This document shows, piece by piece, positions 54,570-64,000 of a DNA stretch of 64,000 nt. The notes under the pieces are model-generated. The model made no database searches and was not told where the DNA came from. It saw only the letters and a program-made list of their open reading frames with translations. The position numbers were made by a program, and so were the translations under genes. Location: contig JARDVH010000099.1 of NCBI GenBank assembly GCA_030324005.1, positions 25,330,800 through 25,394,799 on the forward strand, given 5' to 3'. The DNA is from Negaprion brevirostris. Its lineage: Eukaryota. Each line of letters begins with the position of its first letter. Within the stretch, counting starts at the first letter, position 1.

Positions 54570-57110
54570 TCATTTATAGTTTTGATGGAGGCCTTTCAGC
54601 CCTTTGATTCCATGCCTGCCCTTGGAGCAATCCGGTCCGTCTCACTTGCCCCACTCAATCCCTATTGACCTGCAAGTTTATGTCCATCAAGTGTCTATCT
54701 AATTTTCTTTTGAAATCATAGATTGTTCCCACTTCCACGATCATGGTGGACAGAAGGTCAAGGTCATTATCACTTGCTGTGTAAAAAAAAATAAGTTCTT
54801 CCTCACGTTCCCCTGCATTTGTCTTGCCTAAAATGTTAAATGTGCCACCCCTCCCCCTCTCCTGCCTTCAGCTAATGGGAAGATTTTTCTTCTTCAACTT
54901 TGTGTAAACCTGTTGTAATCTTGTACAGCTCTATCAAATCTCTCCTCCATCTTTTGGTCAAGAACAAGAACCTCAACTTCTCCAATCAAACCTTATAACT
55001 AAAACCCCCATTCCTGGAACCGTCCTCGACACTCCCTCAACTTTCCTAAAGTGTAGTGACCAGAACTGAACATAATACTGTAGTCGGGACCTAACCTGAG
55101 CTTTCCAAAGTTTCATCATTACTCCCTGTTTTTGTATGTGATATCTCTGATCATTAAGCTCAAGATCCCATATGATTTGCTAACTGCTCTCTCAGTATGT
55201 CCTGTGACCTTCAAGGTTTGGTCATATGCACCTCCAAGTCTCTTTGTCCCTGCATACTTTAGAATTACATCATTACGTCTATTTTGCCTCCTAATCTCTT
55301 CTACCGAAAGGTATCATCTCACGTCTCCATGTTAAATTCCATCTGCTACTTTTCTGCCTATCAATGGCCTGATGCAAATGACTTCTACCATCTCGAAGTT
55401 TGCCACGCCAACTTGGTATCATCGACAAATTTTGAAATTTTACTCCATACTCCAAGATGCACATCATTCATAGTTAGCAAAGGAAAGCCGTAGTCCTAGC
55501 ATTGACCCTTGGGAATACCATAGCGTATGACAGTCCAATCTGAAAAGCAGCCATCTACCATGACTTTCATTACTTTCTGTCCTCGAGCCAATTTTTAAAA
55601 ATCAAATTGGATGCTGACTCTAATTCCATAAGCCTTAATTTTGTGCATTAGCCTTTTCCATGGTACCTTGTCGAATACTTTGTAAAATCCATAAATGACT
55701 TTGCATTCTCTTCATCAACCTTCTCTGTTGATTCAAAAAATTCAATTAGAGTAGTTGAGTGCCTCCTTAATTTACTCAAACTGTTCAAAGTGCCTGTTGA
55801 TTTTTTTTTCCCCAAGTACAGATTTCATAAGCCACTATTGATGTTAAACGACTGGCCTGTAGTTACTTGGCCAGCCCTTGCACTTTTTCTTGATAAGGAT
55901 GTCACATTTTCCACTCCTCAGACCTTTGGCACTTTCCAGTATCCAAGGAACATTGAAAAGATTAAGGTAAGCCTTACCATTGTCTCCTCCCTCACTTTCT
56001 TCAGCGATCTGCGATACGGTCCACTCAGACCAGATTACTTATCTACCCTGAGTAAAGCGAGCCTTTCCAGCACCACCTCCCTTTCAATTTTCACATCAAT
56101 TGTCTCAACTCTCTCAATATTTTTTGTCATATTCCTCTTATTTCATAAATGCAGAACAAAGAACTCAAGTATTCGAAGTCTTCTGGCCTTTCTCTGTGCC
56201 CTAAACGTATCTTTCCTCCTTTGTCCTGAATAGGATGCACTCATTATTTACATGCTAATTTTTGGATTCTCTTTTATGTTGAATGTCATTCTATTCTCAT
56301 ACTCTCTCTTTGCCAGTCTTATTTTCCTCTTTACCTTTCATCTTAATCTATTTGACCTGGTTTTCACTTGGAGTTTGTCTGATCTGCATCATAGAATAGA
56401 GTCATAGAATCCCTACAGTGCAGAAGGAGGCCATTCATCCTAAAGAGTCTGCACCAACCACAATCCCACCCAGACCCTATTCCTGTAACCCCACACACTT
56501 ACTGTGCTAATCCCCCTGACAGGGTCAATTTAGCATAGCCAATCAACCTAACCTGCACATCTTTGGACTATGGGAGGACACCAGAGCACCCGGAAGAAAC
56601 CCGTGCAGAATCCACAGACAGTCACCTGAGGCTGGAATTGAACCCGGGTCNNNNNNNNNNCACACAGACGGTGACCCACGCTGGGAATCGAACCTGGGGC
56701 CCTGGTGCTGTGATGCAGCAGTGCTAAACACTGTGCTACCTTTTTGTTTCATCATATTCTCTGTCTGCCTCATCATCCAAAAAACACTTGTTGTCTCCTT
56801 TTAGCCCTTCTTGAAAAGTATCTGAAGAATCTCTTCCTTTAAAGCTCACCTTTTGTCCTGTTACAGTTTTTCCTGTCAATCTCTTCCATTTTACCCTTGC
56901 TAGATCTCTTCTTATCACTTTGAAATTAGCCCTCTTCCAATTTAGTTCCATGTTAGATTGTTCATTGATCTTCATCACTTGTCTAAACCTTATAATATTA
57001 TGATCATTTTTACCTAAATGTTTACCACAGACACTTGGACCATTTTTCCCACTTTGCTTCCCAGTATCAGATCCAGTAATGCTTCCATTCTTATTGAGCT
57101 GAGAACATGC
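54570..57110 (-). mobile_element. Long decayed CR1 LINE with an inserted V-SINE
   Basis: Minus peptide LNWKRANFKVIRRDLARVKW and other CR1 ORF2-like segments. Confidence 0.7.
56389..56740 (-). mobile_element. HE1-like V-SINE, head repeated across a 10-N gap
   Basis: Family motifs; two partial heads either side of the gap. Confidence 0.8.
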
Positions 57111-58339
57111 TGTTCAAACAGGTTTTCTTGAACTCAATTCATCCCCTTCTTTTCCCTTTACTCTGACAGTACTCTGATTGTTCTGTAGAAGGGTTATTTG
57201 TATGTGAAACATTAACTCTATTTCTCTCCACATGCTGCGAGACCTGAGTTTATCCAGCATTTTCTGTTTTTATTATCCTAATTGATATTAGCTAATAAGT
57301 CCCCCAGTAACATTCTATAATTCTTGTAACTCTCTGATTTTCTCCTTCTTCCTATTTCTACTGCAGCTAGCACGTGGCATTGGCGTGGAATGACAGGGAA
57401 TCCACAAGTTATCTTCTATGTGAAACTGTAATCCTGCTACAGCGTCTTAGTAAAGTAGTTTAGTTATTAGTCACAAGTAAGGCTTACATGAACATTGCAA
57501 TGAACTAACTGTGAAATTCTTCATATGCAACAGGAAATTACCTGCCCGTTTTCCATGTAAAAACAACAAATTAGATTTACATAAACAAAATATGAAGCCA
57601 AATCATACATGGAGATATTGGGTCAAAGAGCCAAACATTTAGTCAAAGAGATATGTTTTAAGAGAGCGTCCTAAACGAGAAAAGCTAAGTAGCGAGGTTT
57701 TTGAAGGGAGTTCCCAACTTGAGGCCTAGACAACTAAAGGTACAACCACCAGTAGTTACTGGTTGACGTAGGATGGGCCAACATGAGCAACAAGTTTCAC
57801 AGATAAGATCACTTCAAAAGGCAGCTGAACCTGCAGAGAGATGAGGTCCAGATGCCTCTAACAACACAAGCAAGAGTCAACCTAGTAAGAAATCTGGCAT
57901 AGATTTAGGTCATTGCTAATTTCTTGAGGTAAGCACCTTCCAGCAAATGGAACTGACTCGGCCTTAAATTACGTAGGTTTTCTTCTTCCATCTACACATT
58001 AGCTATGGTCAAGAGAGGAGTTCAGATGCCCAATAAGTCTGCTCTCCTCAAATCATGCCTGGGCAATTCAACAAACTAATGGAAAAGCCACTTTATCCTT
58101 ACCTGATCATTCATGCAAAAAAGGAAACAATGCAGGAGGAAAGAGCCTATGGTTCAACTGGCATAGAGGAAGGGCACTATACATTGTCTCTGACATTGGG
58201 GTAAATCATCTTATTAGTCAGTCACCACCTGTCTCAGGCAGGATGACTCCAACCAGAAAGTTGCTGACCCATCAGTATCTACCTTTCTCTCTGGATATTG
58301 GAGGATGCAGAGAGTGAGAACCCAACAAGCAAAAAAAAA

Positions 58340-59100
58340 AAAGAAATTTTCTAACTTGGAAGCTTGAACATATACAGTGGCTGCATGCAAGAGGACACTG
58401 ACCTTGAGTTGCACAAGTTTGATGCCAACATTGTTGCTCAGCAGGAAACCAGACTCGATGACACAGACGATATGCATGAGGCTAGCAGTGTCTTCTGCTG
58501 GCATAGCAAGAGCACAAGAGACCATGAACACTGTGGTCAGTAATAGATTGATTAGTTANNNNNNNNNNTGCACTTCTGCAGCGTATTGAATGCTAATGTC
58601 TTAGATAAAGATTAATCCTATGAGTCTACATGACATTCTAGAGCACAATCCCAATGGTGAGAAGCTATTCATCCGAAGTGATTTCAACCTAATGACTGGG
58701 TCAGACAGATGTGCCTTGGTCATCATGGCGTGAGCAAAATTAATAACTGATAATGACTTTGAGAGCTTTGTGCCCAGGATGAACTTTGCATCATTAACAT
58801 TTTTTTCAGGGCAAACATTGCTCCAGGTACCATAGCATCATCCAGATCTGGCTATATGCACCTTATCTTAACCAGAGGATGCGATTTGCTTGACATTCTC
58901 CATTCCCACTGACTGTAACACTGACCACATTCTTGTAAGCAAAACAGCGTAGGTGCAACCCCAAAGGTTTCACAGCTTCAAACATGACAGCCTGCCATGC
59001 ATCAAAATCCCTGATATAAATGATTCCAGATAGTAGCAATCGACATTGTGTTTCTGGTAAGCCTTTAGCACCGATGTTGATATTAATAACGCTTGCAAGT
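58340..59100 (+). mobile_element. Decayed RTE-clade LINE endonuclease region
   Basis: Manual translation across frameshifts: LGSLNI, NIVAQQETRL, KLFIRSDFN, CLGHHGVSKIN, ELCIINIFF, DCNTDHILV. Confidence 0.75.
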
Positions 59101-60439
59101 TACTGAGTTCAGTCATCTATGATACAGCAGCAGCATACTTATTGAAGGCTGAACACTCATTAAAGACAAGTTTGAGACCTACTCAGCAGAGAATGCAGGG
59201 AGTGGAGCCTATTCCTGCTGGAGAGGCTAGTAGCAAAGTACTGAATGGGCCACTGCACATTCACCAATTTGTCAGCACTAAGTGTGATGCATGGCAGTAG
59301 TCCCTGTCTGCCGGTTTCCCAGTTGATGGCCAACTTGATCACTGGTCAGCCTGTGACCTCTACAACGCCAGCTTTCCATTCCCCCATAGCAGTCGTTCAC
59401 TCCCCCATGACCATCCAGCCCAGCCTTGACCCCCAACCAGCCAACCCGGCAATCCCGACACCCCGTCACCCCATTACAAAGCCCCCTCCCTCCCCCACTG
59501 ATCCCCACTCTAGTGTAGCAGTGGGACCCCCCACCCCCACTGACTGCCCCATGGGCAATGTCAAGGTGCCCACTGGGCATTGGCACTTTGCCCCTTGGTC
59601 AGTTCTGGCTGGTGCTTCAAGGTGCTAATGCCCAGGGGCACCACACCCTCATCGTCTGCTCTCCGGGGGGGGACCCAATTGCCCGTCCCCAAAAGCGGGG
59701 AGCTACTGTAATCCCTGCTGGGGAGTGAACCACTCTGGAGAATGGGGAGATGCTAGCGGGCCTGGAGACTTCAGTCCCAGGTTCACTTATCACATTTACA
59801 ATATATGGAAATGATCATTCTATAAGTTATGTGCTTCCCCAGATGCGGATATGAAGCTGACATGAATCTAGCAGTGGGAGACAGTAGCAGGCTGGGATAC
59901 CCAGCGATTCCGACATGAGGATGGGAGAATCGGCCCCAGAAGAAAAAGCAAAGTGTACCTGATGCAGAGTAGGAACCCAACAGCTAGAACACTGCATGAC
60001 TTGCAATAGTGAATGTGCAAAAGGCAGGGAGTCACTGCATAAATAAACACTGGCTCAATAAATATCAAGAAATTGAAACTGCCTCTGACAATAGGATCAA
60101 AAGACATTTGGTCTGATCATTATCATGTACAATTTTGGTCATCTTGAAAAAAAGGAGCTAATTGCATCAGAAGTTGGTCAGAGAAGGTTCACTCAATTGA
60201 TTCCTGGGATGAGGGAGTTATAAAGACAGGCTAGACATGTTGGACCTGTGTCCATTAGAGTTCAGAAGAATGAGAGGTGATCTTATTGAAATATATAAGA
60301 GTTACAGAGATTCTTGATTAACAAGGGAGTAAAAGGGTAGTGGAGTAGACAGGAAAGTAGAGGCCATTGTGACAGCGTGCTGTCCCATCCTGAGGGGTTA
60401 CCGTCTAACAGAAACTGAACTGGACTAATCTTATAAATA

Positions 60440-61760
60440 CTGTATGGTGAGTACAAGTGCAGGTGGTAGTGAGCCACCTTCTTGAACTGCTGCAGTCCAT
60501 ATACAGTGCTGTTGGGTAGGAAGTTCAGGTTTTTGACCCAGAAGCTCTACAGGAATAATTATACATTTCCAAGTCAGGATGGTGAGTAGCTTGTAGGGGA
60601 ACTTGGACAGGTGCCTATACCAGGTAGACCGTAACAGTTCAAGAAGGTCATCAACACCTTTTCTATTGTCAGTAATGCTGGCCTTGCTAGTGACACTCTT
60701 GTCATGAATAAATTTTAAAAAGATATTGTCGAAGGAGCCTTGACAAGTTGCTTCAGTGCATATTGTAAATATGACAGACTGCTGCCACTGGGTGCCAGTG
60801 GAGGATGGGATATCAATCAAGAGGATTGCTTTATCCTGGATGGTGTCGAGCTCCCTGAATGTTGTTGGAGGCAAATGGGGAGTGTTCCAGCACACGCCTG
60901 ACTTGTGCCGTAGAGATGGTGCAAACTTTTTATGGAATCAGAAGGTAAATGTTTTATTGCAGAATACCCAGCCTCTGACCGAGTCCTGTAGCCATAGGAT
61001 TTATATGGTTGGTGCTGTTAAGTTTCTGGACACTACTGATCCTTAAGATGTTGATGGATCAGTAGTAATTCTTTTAAATGTCACGGGGAGGTGGTTGGAC
61101 TCTTTTGCCATGTGGCAATTGAATGCATAAAAGTTGCTTTTCACTTATCTGCTCAAGCAGATGGGTGCTGACCCCTTCATTATCTAACAAGTTACAAATG
61201 GAACTGAGCAGTTAAACATAATCAGCAGTGGACATCCACAATCTTGATCTGATTCATTGATGAAACAGATAAAGATAGTGGAACTTAGGAACTATTCCGG
61301 GAAACTGCTGCAGTGATGGGCTGAGACTAAGATAATTGGTTTTCAGCTACTGCAATGCTCGTCCCCAGTCTTTGGAGAGTTTGCATTAACATCAGCTTTA
61401 TTAGGGTTGCTTGATACCACACTTGGGCAAACAACGTCCCAATGTCAAAGGCAGTCACTCTAACCTCACCTCTGGAATCAGCTTTTTGGTCCTTGGTTAG
61501 ATCAAAGCTGGAACCAAGGGATTGTGGCAGAGCACCAGTCACTTGATAACACTGTCAACAACATCTTCCATTACTTTTCTTGTGATTGAAAATAGACTAA
61601 TGAGGCAGATTCCTGGTGCATCTGATGCTGATCCTGGCATGTTCCCCTACACCCTTCATTGAACCAAGGTTGGTTCCCTGGCTTGATGGTGATGATAAGA
61701 TATGAGATAAGCCATGAGGCTGCAGATTGTGGTGGAATATGATTCTGCTAGATCTGTTTT
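60440..61760 (-). mobile_element. Decayed CR1-group LINE
   Basis: Minus peptides PTTFRELDTIQDKAILLI and GEVRVTAFDI...VWYQATLIKL. Confidence 0.75.
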
Positions 61761-61789
61761 AAAACCACAAGAAATTCCAAAAGATTGTG

Positions 61790-62145
61790 AATATAGCCCA
61801 ATCCATTACGCAAACCAGCCTCCCATCCAATGACTCTTCCTTCTCACTTCTCACTGCCTCAACAAAGCAGCCAGCATAATTAAGGACCCCACGCACCATG
61901 GACATTCTCTTTTCCATCTTCTTCCTTCAGGAAAAAGATACAAAAGTCTGAGGTCACGTACCAACTGACTCAAGAATAGCTTCTACCCTGCTGCTGTCAG
62001 ACCTTTGATCTTTCTTGACACTGTAGCTATGATTGTAACACTACATTCTGCACTCTTGTTTCCTTTTCTGAACAGTATGCATGCAAGAAACAATATTTTT
62101 CACTGTATGCCAAAACATGTGACAATAATAAATCAAACCAAATCA
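61790..62145 (+). mobile_element. Rex1/Babar-type LINE 3' end
   Basis: Reverse-complement match to 12925-13320. Confidence 0.85.
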
Positions 62146-62239
62146 TTTGCCTTGTGTGCGTGCCATTGTGCCCCTGCATTTGATCACTCAGTCTCTCACC
62201 TTGTCATTATTGCTTCACCATTAATGATCAAGTAACTGT

Positions 62240-63170
62240 CCTGGTGCAGTGCCAGTACCAAGGCCACCTCCTCCATGGGGGTCAAGATGGATGGATATGG
62301 CAGCCTTTCCTCCAGTCTTGCCTTTTCCTTCACATTGTAGCTGTCTATTCCTGCAAGCACAAAACCAAGCACTGTTCATTTCGCCACAGAGACAAGCACA
62401 ACACAACAGCCCAGTGATCCACGATGGGAACACTCAAATGCCACCTGATGGTGACCACTTTCGAGGGAGCTTATGGGATTTTTCAGTCACAGATGGGTAC
62501 CTCTCACTTCTGGTAGCGTTTGCCACTGACCAGGTGGTCACTCTCTACCAAACACAACATCTCACATTGCCACATATTTCTTTTTATTCTTTCCTGGGAT
62601 GTGGGCTTGGATTGCTTATTCCTAATTCCCATGAAACTAGTGATTTGCTTGGCCATTTCAGTGGACAGTTAAGTATCAACCACATTGCTATGGATTTGCT
62701 GTTGAATGTAGACCAAACAAGAACTGCAGATTTCCTTCTCTAAAGGACAGTAATGAACCAATGATGGTTTTGTGGCCGTAATTACCAGGACTGGCCTTCA
62801 ATTCCAGATTTGTTTATTGAATTTGAATTCCACCAGCAGTCGAGGTGGGATTGAACACATGTCTCCAAAAAATTTGCTTGGACCTCTGAATTAGCCATTA
62901 CACCACTGTTTTACCACAAATCTCCCAGTACAACATTGGTAATGAAGTGCTTGCCTTGGTGGACTGAGTGAGGTAACTGATGCACCTGTAGCACTGGATT
63001 CATGTTCTGGGAGTGACCTCATGGCTGCTGTCCTCCTCTGCAATTTTCATCCAGGCTTGGTTGGTCAGGCAGGTTGGTCTTCTCCTCTCATCCCTGAGGA
63101 AGCAGACTTCCTGCCTTGCCCTTGCAGCCTGGAGGGGAACCTGCAGAGAGGCATCGCTGAACCCTAGGTC
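62240..63170 (-). pseudogene. Decayed two-exon Myb/SANT-like gene, likely from a PIF/Harbinger transposon
   Basis: 63170-62955 translates FSDASLQVPLQAARARQEVCF...TNQAWMKIAEE...RT*IQCYR...LTQSTK; a second segment after ttgcag at 62350 gives KTGG...LTPMEEVALVL. Confidence 0.65.
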
Positions 63171-63529
63171 ACTCAGAATTTTCCTTCTCTATTGTGGCTG
63201 CAACTTTCTGATCAGTTTTCTGATCACCTGGTAAGCTGGCTGCTGTTTCTAGAAGTCAAACTACAATGAATACTAGCCTGGTAACTCTTTAGTATGACTC
63301 CAGCACCTGTTGCATTGTCAGCTTCCACCAACTCACTTCCCTCCTCTTGCTGTGTGAATGGATAGAACCCATGCCTCCCCTTTGTTAGTTGGCCAGCTAT
63401 CAAACATCCTGACGAAAATGACACTAGCTTTTGGTCCTGTGACCTTGCTGCAAAATACAGCCTTCTGGAAAGCAGACGCACCCTTTAGACGATATGGGAT
63501 TACAGAGGATTACATAGGATATATAGGAC

Positions 63530-63950
63530 TTAAACAGTCAGTTAGAACAAAGAACAACACAGCACGGGAAACAGGCCCTTCGACCCAAACAGATCATGCT
63601 AATGTTTATGAATCACTTAAGCCTCCTTCCATATTTCCTATCTAAATGCAATATTGTAACCTTTCTCCCTCATATGCTTGTTAAACTTCCCTTTAAATAC
63701 ATCAGTTGTATTTACTTCAACCACACTGCATAGTAGTGCGTTCCACATTCTCATCACTTATTGAGTAAAGAAGTTTCTTCTGAATTCCCTGTTTGATTTC
63801 TTTTATATTGATAACCTCTGGCTATGCTCTTTCCCATGAGGAAATATTCTTTCTCCAGCTGCTCTATGAAACCATTTCATAATTTTGGAGACCTCTATAG
63901 GTTATCCCTCAACCCTTTTTTTTAAGAGAAAAGAGACCAAAGAGACTTGG
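63530..63950 (-). mobile_element. Decayed CR1 3' end
   Basis: CR1-type tail (agaacaaagaacaacacagcacgggaacaggcccttc) and adjacent ORF2 end. Confidence 0.6.
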
Positions 63951-64000
63951 CTATTCTTTCCAGGTAAATTCACCTGCCCTCATATCAGCCTTATAAATCT

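Noticed and set aside
56600-56740. Apparently dimeric SINE head
   Set aside because: The junction is a 10-N gap; likely a mis-join of two copies.
1-64000. Prokaryotic-type systems (CRISPR arrays, operons, defence islands)
   Set aside because: Sequence is a spliced vertebrate locus; no regularly spaced repeat-spacer array seen.

Overview
Eukaryotic genomic DNA, most likely a shark (inferred from HE1/V-SINE, DeuSINE-like, CR1, Rex1 and Penelope-like repeats), from a gappy draft assembly with many 10-N and 100-N gaps. The window holds the last 15 coding exons of SENP6 (SUMO-chain protease) on the + strand, 1332-49713. I placed every exon by hand; all have GT-AG boundaries and consistent phases, giving about 735 codons, an intact His/Asp/Cys triad and the stop at 49711-49713. 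The 5' part of the gene lies upstream of the window. Introns and the 3' flank are mostly decayed transposons: HE1/V-SINEs, DeuSINE-like, CR1, L2, Rex1/Babar, RTE, a Gypsy integrase relic and a Harbinger Myb/SANT relic. The most unusual structures are short Penelope-like (PLE) fold-back insertions with long inverted arms, exact 13-bp target-site duplications and minimal hammerhead-ribozyme motifs; one PLE repeat has an intact-looking core in the sense of the SENP6 pre-mRNA. PLE hammerheads are known in general, so novelty of this family is unproven. Repeat family names and comparisons to human SENP6 come from recalled consensus sequences, not database searches.
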